Source: Mustelus asterias (Eukaryota). Taken from it: a stretch of 64,000 bases of DNA. The notes under the pieces were generated by a model. It ran no database searches. It worked only from the letters and a program-made list of their open reading frames with translations, and had not been told where the DNA came from. This document shows, in pieces, positions 36,493-49,878 of the stretch; within the stretch, counting starts at the first letter, position 1; each line of letters opens with the position of its first letter. The stretch is from the NCBI RefSeq assembly GCF_964213995.1, contig NC_135811.1:29884001-29948000 (forward strand). Direction: 5' to 3'. Made by a program: the position numbers and the translations under genes.

Positions 36493-37646
36493 GTGAGTAA
36501 CATTTCAATTCATTTTCAGTTACTTTATCAGTTTGTATATTTGCTGACCATAGATCTGTCAGAACAATTAATCTCAATGGCTGTACTCAGCGAATCACAT
36601 CGTTGATTTGGTAAAGTTTTTCTCTGCTGCCGTCTAAAGCCTGAATGATATCTCTGGAACCATGAGTTCATCCAAATCTCTGCTGTCCATTCTCCGTTCG
36701 GGAGTAACAATTGACCATCGGAAATAGGAATTCAGTAAAACTGTTCTCTCCATTATGTCTAGGGATGACGGGACATTGGCACTAGGCGGCACAGTGGCAC
36801 AGTTGTTAGCACTGCTGCCTCACAGCGCTAGGGACCCAAGGGCGATTCCCGGCTTGGGTCACTGTCCGTGTGGAGTTTGCAAGTTCCCCCATGTCTGCGT
36901 GGATTTCTTCCGGGTGCTCCGGTTTCCTCCCACATTCTGAAAGACGTGCTGGTTAGGTGCATTGGCCAGAGCAGGAGGTGGAGTCTGGCAACTAGGGGAA
37001 TTTCATAGTAACTTCATTGCAGTGTTAATGTAAGCCTTACTTGTGACTAATAAATAAACTGAAACTGAACTTAGTGAGAATGTTAACCCTCAGCCCATGT
37101 TTGCAGCATCTTTGAAGGAACAACCCTGGTGGACATCAGAAATGTCCCGTTTACTCTTCTTTCTTAAATCCTGCTCCTAAACATCATATGAAGTTTGAGG
37201 CTTGAACAAATATAAGAAATATTCTTGTTTTTATGCAATTCTTTTTATTATTTTGACATGGGCAGACTCAGCACAGGCAATAGATATGAAAAATATTCCC
37301 CAAGTAATTTACATTAAGTCCTGTCCAGAGGACAGACATTGTTTTTTGTCTATAGGCAGGTAGCACAGAGCATCTTTTCTGCAGCACGATGTACCTGGCA
37401 TCTGTTCATAGATTCTCCTATTCGCCCCCAACATGTCAGAGAGGGGATTCCATTGTTGCTGCCCCCAATGGTGCTAAGGAGCGAAAGGAATAGGAATTTA
37501 CAACGAGTGGCACAAAGATATATCAGAGTTGGTCATTCTTTCTTAAATGTTTTACAAAGGATCAAATGAAGTTTGAGACTTTCACAGATATGAAAAATAC
37601 TTACTTCCTACTTATGCATTTATTTTTATTATTTTGACACTACCAG

Positions 37647-37664
37647 CTCCATCTGCAACATCAG
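37647..37664 (+). CDS. 18-nt linker microexon (SPSATSG)
   Basis: gacactaccag|...TCAG|gtatgc. Confidence 0.65.
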
Positions 37665-37807
37665 GTATGCAAAATTCCTTCAATCAAATCTATTGTTCTA
37701 TTTTTGAATGATAAAAGTTCATTACATTTCTTAGAAAATTTGTAATCAGTAACATTGTTAACAATCATCACAAGTTCAGATCTAACTTGACATTTACTGT
37801 ATAACAG

Positions 37808-37933
37808 GACGCAATGGCTCATGCAGATACAACTGTGGGGGCTATTCTTCAGATTGTTCCTGTGGTTACAACTGTCAATATTATGGCAACTGTTGTTCTG
37901 ATTTCTGTGATTACTGCCCTCACATTAATTACG
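37808..37933 (+). CDS. SMB exon 6 (identical to SMB exons 4 and 5)
   Basis: 126 nt, canonical sites. Confidence 0.9.
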
Positions 37934-38648
37934 GTAAGAGAACTTTCAGATAATAAACTAATGTTTAAATTTATCTTCTTATTTATTCAGATTATAGTGA
38001 CAAATGTAAACATAAGAATGGAACATTAATAAAGTTTATTGTTCACATTGTGAATCAGTGTAGCTGTGTCCAGCTGATGTGAGATTTGTTTCTGCAGTGT
38101 GTGTTGTGATCTGTGACTTTATGAACAGGATGGATTTGTGCTGTACTTTTTTAATGTTAAAACTGGATCAGTCGAAACACAGTATTTGCAAAATGTGTCT
38201 CCCTGGATCCCATATTTTCGGCGAAATGTGGTAGGCCTGATTTTGGCAAGTGTAATTGTCGCTCATTAGGGGTGTGTGTGCTGGGTGTATGGAGACGCAT
38301 TGGGACGATGCTCGGTGTGTAACATTGATTTGACGCTCACCCTGGCACATCCAACCTCATCACTCCAGCTCATGTCCTCTCTTAACCTCACACAGCTGGA
38401 CATGAATTCAGGAGAAGGAAGGGCCACCCATCAACCCGATATAAAAGAATCACCAACTACCTCCATGTTCATGTCAGGTTCAGGATTGAACTGGCATTTG
38501 CTGAATTTGTAGAAATGTTGTGAGTTTTTCACTGGTATTGAAAGTTATTGAAGTTTGCAGGGAGTAGTGTCACACGTGGTGGAGGCCTTGTTTTTCACTT
38601 CAAGGTTCCAGCTCAGACTCCTTGCTGTCAGTCTTTGGTGGTTTATTT

Positions 38649-41600
38649 AGAACAAAGAACAGTACAGCACAGGACCAGGCCCTTCGGCCCACCAAGCCTG
38701 TGCCAATCACGTTGTCCTACCTAGATCAACCGCTTGTATTGCTCTATACCCTGCCTGTTCATGTGGCAATCCAGATAAGTCTTAAATGTAGCTAACGTAT
38801 CTGCCTCAACCACCTCACTTGGCAGTGCATTCCTGGCCCCCAGTACCCTCTGTGTAAAAAGACTTCCACCACACATCACTACTGACCCCTTCCCCCTTAC
38901 CTTGAACTTGTGCCCCCTTGTAATTGCCATTTCTTCCCTGGGAAAAAGCTTCTAACTGTTCACCCTATCTATACCTCTAATAATTTTATAAATTTCTATC
39001 AGGTCGCCCCCTCAGCCTCTGTTTTTCCACAATCCCAGTTCATTCATTCTCTCCTCATAGCTACTACTCTCCATACCAGGCAGTATCCTGTTAAACCTTT
39101 TTTGTACTCCCTCCAAAACCATCACATCCTTCTGGTAGTGTGTTGACCTGAATTGGACACAGTATTCCAAATGTGGCCCAACCAACATATTTATAACTGT
39201 AACATAATTTGCCTACTTTTATACTCGATGCCCCGGCCGATGAAGGCAAGTATGCCATATTCTTTCTTCACCACCTTTTCCACCTGGGCTGCCACTTTGA
39301 AGGATCTGTGGACCTGTACTCCAGATCTCTCTGTATGGACTGTGCTAATCAGGACTATGCTCCTGGTTGTTCTGCCATTTATTTTATAGCTCCCATCTGC
39401 ATCATCACCTCGCATTTGTCCAGATTAAATTCCATCTGCCAGTTCTCCGCCCAATTTTCCAGCCTATCTATATCCTACTGGATTCTCTGACAATCTTCAT
39501 CACTATCCGTAACTCCAGCAATCTTAGTATCATTCGCAAACTTGTTAATCAGACCAGTTACATTTTCTTCCAAGTCATTTATATATATTACAAACATCAG
39601 AGGTCCCAGCACTGATCCCTGAGGAACACTAGTTACAGACCTCCATTCAGAAAATCATTCTTACACCGCTACCCTCTGTCTTCCATGGCCAAGCTAGGTC
39701 TAATCCATCTAGCTAGTTCACCCTTGACCCCGTGTGATTTAACCTTTTGTACCATCCTACCATGAGGGACCTTGTCAAATGCTTTACTAAAGTCCATGTA
39801 GACAACATCCACAGCACTTCCCTCGTCAATCATTTTTGTCATTTCCTCAAAAAACTCGACCAAATTAAAGAGACATGACCCCCCTTGTACAAAACCATGC
39901 TGTTTGTCACTAATCAGACCATTCAGTTCCAAATGTGTATTGATCCTATGCCTAAGAGTCTTCTCCAACAATTTCACTATCACTGATGTCAAGCTCACTG
40001 GCCTATAATTATCCGGGTTATCCTTGCTACCCTTCTTAAATAATGGGACAACTTTGGCTATCCTCCAGTCTTCTGGGACCTCACCTGTGGCCAACAAGGA
40101 AACAAAGATTTCTGTTAGAGGCCTGGCAATTTCCTTGCTTGTCTCCCTCAGTAATCTGGAATGGATGCCATCTGGTCCTGGGGATTTGTCTACTTTAATG
40201 CTTTTTAATACACCTAACACTTCCTCCCTCGTAATGGTGACTTGCTCTAGAGGGTTTACATTCCCTTCTGAGACACCATCAATCAACATGGCCCTCTCCT
40301 TTGTGAATACCGATGCAAAGTACTCATTAAGGATCACAGCCACTTGCTTTGGTTCTACGCATAATTTCCCTCCTTTGTCTTTGAGTGGACCAACTCTTTC
40401 TCTAGCTACCATCTCGTTCCTTACATATGTATAAAATGCCTTGGGATTCTCCTTAATGCTGCCTGCCAAGAACATTTTGTGACCTTTTTTTGTCCTCCTA
40501 ACTCCCTGTCTGAGTTATTTTCTACTTTCCCTGTATTCTTCAGGTGCTTCATCTGTTTTAGTTGCCGAGACCTTATGTATACATCTTTTTTCTTTCTGAT
40601 TAGACTTGCAATTTCCACGGTTCCCAAATCCTGCTTTTCCTGTTCTTCCTTTTCACAGGCACCTGTCCTGCATTCCGATCAACTGCTCCTTAAAAGACTT
40701 CCACATGCCAATTGTGGATTTATCCTCAAACATTCTCTCCCAAACAACAGCCTCCAAATCCTGCCTAATCTGGCTGTAGTTAGCCTTTCCCCAGTTTAGC
40801 ATCTTAACCTTAGGACAACACTAGCCCATTTCCTTGAGTACCTGAAAACATATGGAATTGTGGTCACTGTTCACCACATGTTCGCCCACTGCAACTTTGA
40901 TGACCTGGCTGGGCTCATTCCCTAATACCCGGTCCAGTATAACCCCCTCTCTAGTTGGACTATCTACATACTGTTACAAAAATCTTCCGAGACACACTTA
41001 ACAAATTTCACACCATCCGGACCCTTAGCCCGAAGGGATTTCTAGTCAATATGAGGAAGATGAAAGTCTCCCACTCCAACAACCCTATTATTTCTACATC
41101 TGTCCAAAATCTGCTTACATATCCCTTCTTTAACTTCCTGCGGGCTGTTGGGAGGCCTGCAGTATACCCCCATCATAGTGACTGCCTCCTTCTTGTTTCT
41201 GAGCTCTACCCACAGTGCCTCGTTACATGATTCTTCCAAGGTGTCCTCCCTCTGTACAGCTGTAATATGTTTCCCAACCAGTATTGCAACTCCCCCACCT
41301 CTCTTGCTTTCTCCTCTATCTCGCCTAAAACACTTATATCCCAGAATATTTAGCTGCCAGTACTTTTTAACCAAGTCTCTGTTACCACAACCACATCCAA
41401 ATTCTGTGCATGCATTAAGGCTCTAAGTTCATTTTTCTTACCTGCTTTCATTGAAGCAGATGCACTCCAGACCTCTAGGCCCACTGAGTTCGACCTCCCC
41501 AGCCTGCTCTTCCTCTGAGCTAGCCTGGCCTTGGTCCCATGCTCATCACCAGTCTCTACACTTGCTGACCTATTCTTCTGATTCCCACCCCCCAGTCACA

Positions 41601-42073
41601 TTAGTTTAAACCCACCTGAACCACAATAGCAAACCTCCCAGCCAGGAAATTGCTGCCCCTCCAGTTCAGGTGTAACACATCCTTCTTGTAGAGGCCCCAC
41701 CTTTCCTGGAAGACATCCAAATGATCCAAAAATCTGAAGCCTTTCCTCCTGCACCAGTTCTTTATCCACGTGTCCAGCTGCACTATCGCCCTGTTCCTCG
41801 CCTCACTAGCACGTGCCATAGGGGAATAATCCTGAGATTACTACCCTAGAGGTCCTGCTTTTTAATCTTCTACCAAACTCCCTAAATTGCTATTGCAGGA
41901 CCTCGCTACTCTTTCTACCTATGTCATTTGTGCCAATGTGAACAATAATATCTGTCTGATCTCCCTCCCATTTTAGGGTGCTTTGTACCTGTTCAGAAAA
42001 ATGTCCTAGCCTGTCCACTCTCTCCCGATAGCTCAGTCCCTTGAGTCCTGGCAACATCCCTGTAAATCTCTTC
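38649..42073 (-). mobile_element. Long CR1 LINE (ORF1 esterase remnant, APE endonuclease, RT), decayed
   Basis: HIGTNDIG (SGNH-like ORF1), RRDR…KRGGGVA and YCRPPN (endonuclease), NYRPVSLTS and DFSKAFDKV (RT); interrupts an intron that is contiguous in sister units. Confidence 0.92.
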
Positions 42074-42809
42074 TGCAACTTTGGCCAGCAGACATTGAGG
42101 AGAGGCAGCACAGAGGAGGACAAGGTGCTCACAGAGAGGAGGAGAGGTAAATGGGCTCTCCAGACACTGCCTCATGTCCCAGAGTCTTCAAGGGGCAATT
42201 AACTTACCTCAACTTTATGGAACACAGTGGCAGGAACCTTGTTGAGGTGTCAGGGCTGTTGTCTGTCAGCTGGAGAGTCATAGAATCATAGAAACCCTAC
42301 AGTGCAGAAGGAGGCCATTCGGCCCATCGAGTCTACACCGACCACAATCCCACCCAGGCCCTACCCCCACATATTTTACCCACTAATGTACGCATCTCAG
42401 GACTCTAAGGGGCAATTTTTAACCTGGCCAATCAACCTAACCCGCACATCTTTGGACAGTGAGAGACACTTTTGTCCAATTTACAGGCGGGTCCACCAAA
42501 TCACATGCCAATCAGGCAGTGGTTTCAAAGGGATTCACTCCCTGAATGTGCAGTGGAATGAGACCATTCTCAGAACGTTGTATTTTATTTCTGGATGGAG
42601 GTGGAGCTGTATATGTTGTGTGTTGTGCGTGACAGGCTGGCTGTAACAGAGTGACTTTTACTGTCCAGTTGTTTGTAGATTTGATCGATACCTGATGTTA
42701 ATTATTTTTCTTTTTGTCATGTGTTATATTAATATTTCTGAGTATGAATGGTAGAAGATTCTTCAAAAACACTTGACAATGCAACTGAACTGAATGTGTT
42801 TCTGTACAG

Positions 42810-42836
42810 GATACTGCAGTGCTAATTCAACATCAT
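42810..42836 (+). CDS. 27-nt Cys microexon (GYCSANSTS, last nt T)
   Basis: gtacag|...CAT|gtgagt. Confidence 0.7.
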
Positions 42837-43700
42837 GTGAGTAACATTTCAATTCATTTTCAGTTACTTTGTCAGTTTGTATATTTGCTGACCATAGATC
42901 TGTCAGAACAATTTATCCCAATGGCTGTACTCAGCGAATCACATCGTTGATTTGGTAAAGTCTTTCTCTGCTGCCATCTAAAGACTGAATAATATCCCCG
43001 CAACCATGAGTTCATCCAAATCTCTGCTGTCCATTCTCCATGTGGGAGTTACAATTGACCATTGAATATAGGGATTCAGTGAGACTGTTCACTCCGTTAT
43101 GTCTGAGGGTGACGGGACATTGACACTTACCGAGAACAGTAACCCTCAGCCCGTGTTTGCAGCATCTGTGACAGGAACGACCCTGGTGGACATCAGAAAT
43201 GTCCCGTTCACTCTTCTTTCCTAAATCCTGCTCGTAAACATCATATGAAGTTTGAGGCTTAAATAAATAGAAGAAATATTCATGTTTTCATGCAATCCTT
43301 TTTATTATTTTGACATGGGCAGACTCAGCACAGGCAAAACATGTGAAAAATATTCCCCAAGTAATTTACATTAAGTCCTGTCCAGAGGACAGACATTTTT
43401 TTTGTCTATAGGCAGGTAGCACAGAGCATCTTTTCTGCAGCAAGATGCACCTGACATCTGTTCACAGATTCTCCTATTCACCCCAAAATGTCAGAGAGGG
43501 GATTCCATTGTTGCTGCCATTATTGGTGCCAAGGAACGAAAGGAATAGGAATTTACAGCAAATGGCATAAAGATATATCAGGGCTGGTCATTCTTTCTTA
43601 AATATTATTCACAGAGTTCAAATGAAGTTTGAGACGTCCATAGATATTAAAAATATTTTTCTTACTTACGCATTTATTTTTATTATTTTGACACTACCAG

Positions 43701-43718
43701 CTCCATCTGCAACATCAG
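43701..43718 (+). CDS. 18-nt linker microexon (SPSATSG)
   Basis: gacactaccag|...TCAG|gtatgc. Confidence 0.65.
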
Positions 43719-43861
43719 GTATGCAAAATTCCTTCAACCAAATCTATTGTTGTATTTTTGAATGATAAATGTTCATTACATTTCTTTGAAAATTTGTAAT
43801 CAGTAACACTGTTAACAATCAACACAAGTTCAGATCTAACTTGACGTTTATTGTATAGCAG

Positions 43862-43987
43862 GACACAGTGGCTCATGCAGATACAACTGTGGGGGCTATT
43901 CTTCAGATTGTTCCTGTGATTATAACTGTCGATATTATGGTAGCTGTTGTTCTGATTTCTGTGATTACTGCCCTCACGTTAATTACG
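43862..43987 (+). CDS. SMB exon 7 (…CSCDYNCRYYGSCCSDFCDYCPHVNY)
   Basis: 126 nt, tagcag| acceptor, G|gtaaga donor. Confidence 0.9.
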
Positions 43988-44498
43988 GTAAGAGAACTTT
44001 CAGATAATAAACTAATGTTTCAATTTATCTTCTTATTTATTCTGATTAAAGTGATGAACATAAACATAAGAATGGAACATTAATGAAGATTATTGTTCAC
44101 ATTGTGAATCAGTGTAGCTGTGTCCAGCTGATGTGAGATTTGTTTCTGTAATGTGTGTTGTGATCTGTGACTTTATGGACAGGATAGATTTGTGCTGCAC
44201 TTTTTAGCTGTTAAAACTGGGTCAGTTTTGCAGTGTTTGCAAAATGTGTCTCCCTGGATCCCATATTTTCAGCAACATGTGGCAGGCCTGATTTTGGCAA
44301 GTGTATTTGTTGCTCATTAGGAGTGTGTGCTGGGAGTATGGAGACAGATCGGGATGATGCTCGGTGTGTAACATTGATTTGACGCTCACCCTGGCACATC
44401 CAACCTCATCACTCCAGCTCATGTCCTCTCTAAACCTCACACAGCTTGACCTGAACTCAGGAGCAGGAAGGATCACCCATCAACCTGATATAAAAGAA

Positions 44499-45750
44499 TT
44501 TTGATTTTATTTGATTTGATTTATTATTGTCACATGTATTAACATACTGTGAAAAGTATTGTTTCTTGCGCGCTATACAGACAAAACATGCCGTTCATAG
44601 AGAAGGAACTGAGACAGTGCAGAATGTAGTGTTACAGTCATAGCAAGGGGGCGGAGAAAGATCAACTTAATGCAAGGTAAGTCCACTCAAAAATCTGACA
44701 GCAGCAGGGAAGAAGCTGTTCTTGAGTTGGTTGGTATGTGATCTCAGATTTTGTATCTTTTTCCTGAAGGAAGAAGGTGGAAGAGAGAATGTCCGGGGTG
44801 CGTGGGGTCCTTAATTATGCTGGCTGCTTTACCGAGGCAGTGGGAAGTGTAGACAGAGTCAATGGATGGGAGGCTGGTTAGCGTGATGGATTGGGCTACA
44901 TTCACGACCTTTTGTAGTTCCTTGCGGTCTTGGGCAGAGCAGGAGCCATACCAAACTGTGATACAGCCAGAAAGACTGCCTTCTACAGTGCACCTGTAAA
45001 AGTTGGTGAGAGTTGTAGCTGACATGCCAAATTTCCTTATTTTTCTGAGAAAGTAGAGGTGTTGGTGGGCTTTCTTAACTATAGGGTTGGCAAGGGGGGA
45101 CCAGGACAGGTTGTTGGTGAGCTGGACATCTAAAAACCTGAAGCTCTCGACCCTTTCTGCTTCGTCCCCATTGATGTAGACAGGGGCATGCTCTCCTTTA
45201 TGCTTCCTGAGGTCGATGACAATCTCCTTCATTTTGTTGACATTGAGGGACAGATTATTGTTGCCGCACCAGTTCACCAAATTCTCTATCTCATTCCTGT
45301 ACTCTGTCTCGTCATTGTTTGAGATCCAACCCACTACAGTGGTGTCGTCAGCAAACTTGAAAATTGAATTGGAGGGGAATTTGGTCACACAGTCATAGGT
45401 GTATAAGGAGTATAGTAGGGGGCTGAGAACACAGCCTTGTGGGGCACCGGTGTTGAGGATGATCGTGGAGGAGGTTTTGTTGCCTATCCTTACTGATTTT
45501 GGTCTGTGAGTTAGGAAGTTCAGGATCCAGTCACAGAGGGAGGTGCCAAGGCCCAGGCCACGGAGTCTGGAGATGGGTTTCGTGGGAATAATAGTGTTGA
45601 AGGCTGAACTATAGTCAATAAATCGGAGTCTGACATAGGTGTACTTGTTATCTAGGTGTTCCAGGGTTGAGTGCAGGGCCAGGGAAATGGCGTTTGCTGT
45701 GGACCCGTTGCAGCGGTGGGCAAACTGTAGTGGATCCAGGTAGTCTGGGA
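44499..45750 (-). mobile_element. Rex1/Babar-type LINE 3' portion
   Basis: [48 protein letters not shown]; (AAATC)n-like tail. Confidence 0.85.
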
Positions 45751-46383
45751 GTCATCAACTACCTCCATGTTCATGTCACGTTCAGAGTTGAACTGGATTT
45801 TGCTGATTTTGTAGGAATGATGTGAGTTTTCCACTAGTGTTCTAAGTTATTGACATTTGCAGGGAGTTCAAGGTTTCAGCTCAGACCCCTTGCTGTCAGT
45901 CATGGATGATTTATTTACCAGCAACCTTGGCCGGCAGTGATTGAGGAGAGGAAGCACAGAGGAGGACAAGATGCCCACAGAGAGGAGGAGGAGTAGATGG
46001 GCTCTCGAGATAATGCCTCATGTCCCAGAGTCTTTAAGGGGGAGTTCACTTACCTTAACCTTAAGGAACACAGTGGCAGGAATCTTGTTGAGGTGTCGGG
46101 GTTGTTGCCTGCCAGCTGGAGAGTCAGTCAGAGACCCTTATGTCCACTTTACTGGAAAGCCCACCAAATCACACACCAATCAGGCAGTGGTTTCAACGGT
46201 TTCACTCTCTGAATGTGCAATAGAATATGACCATCCTCAGCACGTATTTTATTTTTGGATGGGCATGGGGCTGTATATATTGTGTGTGACAGGCTGGCTG
46301 CTACAGGGTGACTTGTACTGTCCAGTTGTTTGTAGATTTGAACAATACTTGATAATTATTTCTCTTTTTGTCATATGTTATAA

Positions 46384-47045
46384 CAAAACAAAAGAACAAT
46401 ACAGCCCAGGAACAGGCCCTTCGGCCCTCCAAGCCTGTGCCGCTCCTTGGTCCAAACTAGACCATTCTTTTGTATCCCTCCATTCCCACTCCGTTCATAT
46501 GGCTGTCTAGATAAGTCTTAAACGTTCCCAGTGTGTCCGCCTCCACCACCTTGCCTGGCAGCACGTTCCAGGCCCCCACCACCCTCTGTGTAAAATATGT
46601 CCTTCTGATATCTGTGTTAAACCTCCCCCCCTTCACCTTGAACCTATGACCCCTCGTGAACGTCACCACCGACCTGGGGAAAAGCTTCCCACCGTTCACC
46701 CCATCTATGCCTTTCATAATTTTATACACCTCTATTAAGTCTCCCCTCATCCTCCGTATTTCCAGGGAGAACAACCCCAGTTTACCCAATCTCTCCTCAT
46801 AAATAAGCCCCTCCACACCAGGCAACATCCTGGTAAACCTCCTCTGTACTCTCTCCAAAGCCTCCACATCCTTCTGGTAGTGTGGCGACCAGAACTGGAC
46901 GCAGTATTCCAAATGCGGCCGAACCAATGTTCTATACATCTGCAACATCAGACCCCAACTTTTATACTCGATGTCCCATCCTATAAAGGCAAGCATGCCA
47001 TATGCCTTCTTCACCACCTTCTCCACCTGTGATGTCACCTTCAAT
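46384..47045 (-). mobile_element. CR1 LINE 3' fragment, young, specific to this copy
   Basis: Open RT C-terminus LVRPHLEYCVQFWSP…RVVGAWN; absent near 17620. Confidence 0.9.
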
Positions 47046-47132
47046 ATAATATTAATATTTCTGAGTATGAATGGTAGAAGATTCTTCAAAAACACTTGAC
47101 AATGCAACTAAACTGAATGTGTTTCTGTACAG

Positions 47133-47159
47133 GATACTGCAGTGTTTATTCAACAACAG
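47133..47159 (+). CDS. 27-nt Cys microexon (GYCSVYSTT)
   Basis: gtacag|...CAG|gtgagt. Confidence 0.8.
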
Positions 47160-49866
47160 GTGAGTAACATTTCAATTCATTTTCAGTTACTTTATCAGTT
47201 TGTATATTTGCTGTCCATAGATCTGTTAGAGCAATTAATCCCAATGGTTGTACTCAGCGAATCACATCGTTGATTTGAGAAAGTTTTTCTCTGCTGCCGT
47301 CTAAAGCCTGAATAATATCTCTGTAACCATGAGTTCATCCAAATCTCTGCTGTCCATTCTCCGTTCGGGAGTTACAATTGACCATCGGATATAGGGATTC
47401 AGTGAGACTGTTCACTCCGTTATGTCGAGGGGTGATGGGACATTGACACTTACCAAGAACAGTAACCCTCAGCCCGTGTTTGCAGCATCTTTGACAGGAT
47501 CGTCCCTGATGGACATTGGAAATGTCCCGTTCACTCTTCTACCTTTAATCCTTATTCTTTAATCAAATGAAGTTTCAGTTTGAATAGATATAAAAATGTT
47601 CTTGTGGCTTCTGCATTGATTTTTATTATTTTCACTGGGTCTAGTGAAACTACATTAATAGCCACGGAATCAACCTTCAAGGACACATATTCGTCCACTT
47701 CTGAACAATAGAACTTATTTACATTTCTTTGATAATTATGGTTTTCAATGTTTTTTACAGTGAATGTAACGGCTACATGAGAAGAAATAGGGGCAGACCA
47801 GGCCATTTGGCCCATCAAACCTGCTCCTGAATTCAGTGAGATCATGGTTGGTCTGATTGTGGCCAAAACTCCATTTTCCTCTCCCTTGACTCCCTTGTCG
47901 ATCAAAAATCTGTCCCGCTGCGCATTGACTATGATCAATGAGCCATCATCCTCTGCTCACTGGGATGGAGAATTTCACAGATTAATAACCATCTGAGAGG
48001 AGAAATTCAAATCACCATTTTAAATTATTTTGTTAGGGTGAAAAATACAGCTATTCGGCTGCAGTGTACTTCAATCTCAAGAAAACCAGACAAAGACTCT
48101 TGCAATGGAATTTTCCTATTCTGCCCGCCACGGCAATTGTAGCGGGCAGGACACGGACCATGCAAAGGTCCGTTGACCTTGGGCAGGATTTTCCGGTCTT
48201 AGAGTGAGCGCGGCTGGCAAATCCTGCCTTTGGACATGAAGGCAAGGCCTTTATTATGAATTATAGTACGGGCCGGCCCCAGCGCTCCAACCAGTGGTAC
48301 ACCAGGAAGAGCCTTGGTTCAAGAATTGTACAGACAGTTAACAGTTAAAACCCAGTTACAAGAAATTTGCATATACCAGTCAAAAGATGTATATTTGCAC
48401 AAGGGTTATCTTTTTCCACTCCCAGTTATTGATTAGATTTACATCATGCCTAAGGTGGGAACACAATTGACCAATTATGACTTGTGCACATCTACTTGAT
48501 TATAATAATATGCAATCAGTGTAATGGTTTGTACAATGTTATGTGGTCTGATTTACTACCGGCTCCAATTAGTTTTTAACATAACAATTTATATCTGGCT
48601 TGTGGACATCAGTTACACTCTCTTGTCCCGTTTTCCCAGTGCTTAATGAATTCTCTAGAGTTGCCTCCCTAAGTTACCATTGGATGATTTGGCTGTCAGT
48701 GTAGGTGGTGGATAACCCCACATTGTTTTTACAGACCTTGAGATCTAACACCTGTGAAGTCCTGCCTGGGAACTAGCCCCTGGCTGGTTGTGTCCTTGGG
48801 GTTCCTCCTTGCAGCTAACAGCTTGCCTCTCACAGACTCAGCTGAAGATTTTCAAACCCTTTAAGTAAATAGTGGAGGTGAAAAACATATACTGGAGTTT
48901 TAAATTAATTTTTTCAATATAACATCCATATAACCTGCTACACCCTTTTCACTTTCATAGAGTAAGATCAGCATGCGTTGGCGATCTCTAATTGCCCTTG
49001 AGAAGGTAGTGGTGAACCTCTTTATCGAAGCCCTGGTGTAGGCCCATCCACTATGTTGTTGGGAAGGGTGTTCCGGAATTTCTGACCCAATGACAGCAAA
49101 GGAATGGTGATATCGATCTAAATCAAGATGGTGTGTGTCTTAGAGGGGAATTTGCAGCTGGTGGTGTTCCCATCCATTTGTTGCACTTGTCCTTCTGGGT
49201 GGATCAAAATGGGTGGATAGAAACAAATGGTTCTCAGTACTTGAGGGGTCTAAACCTAAAAGGCAGAGTTGCTGAAAAAAGCTGTTGAAGTTTTTCACCC
49301 TGCACTCATCAGGACCAATTCGTAAGAATATCAATTCTAAAGTGAACAACAATTTATACTATCTGAGAGTGGTGATTGGTTAGCAAGTGGGCTATAATTA
49401 GTAGAATTGGTATTGTTGCGAACATGTAACGATAAGTGCAAGACAAAGAGCTTCAACAGCTTAATTCTTCTCAACAATACTGAAGTTCTGTACCACCAAA
49501 TGGCTACAAAATGAAATGAATGATATTTTGAACAGGAGACTCAGTTTTCACTTCCTCACTCAGAGTCATGAGGAGATTCAATTCATTTCCAGGCAGAATG
49601 GACATTAATATTCAAGATCAGTTGACAGGTAGAAAAGGGGATGAAGGGATATGATAACAAAGTGTAAATATGAATAGAATTATTTACCCCCATAGTGGGT
49701 AAATATTGCCATGGGCTTGTAGGGATGAATTGTCTGCCATTTTCCGATTTGTATGCATTATATCTGTTATCTTATCCCTTTCAAAAATATGTTATCATTA
49801 TTTGTTTATGGTTAACTGAATCATTTTCCTAATTATAATCTGTACCTTTTAAAAAATCTTTTTCAG

Positions 49867-49878
49867 CACAAGAACCAG
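49867..49878 (+). CDS. 12-nt microexon (AQEP) preceding CUB2
   Basis: tctttttcag|CACAAGAACCAG|gtaact. Confidence 0.65.

Noticed and set aside
9880-47160. Regularly recurring repeats as a CRISPR-like array
   Set aside because: Units are 0.85-6 kb duplications of eukaryotic exon-intron cassettes, with no short repeat-spacer structure or cas genes.
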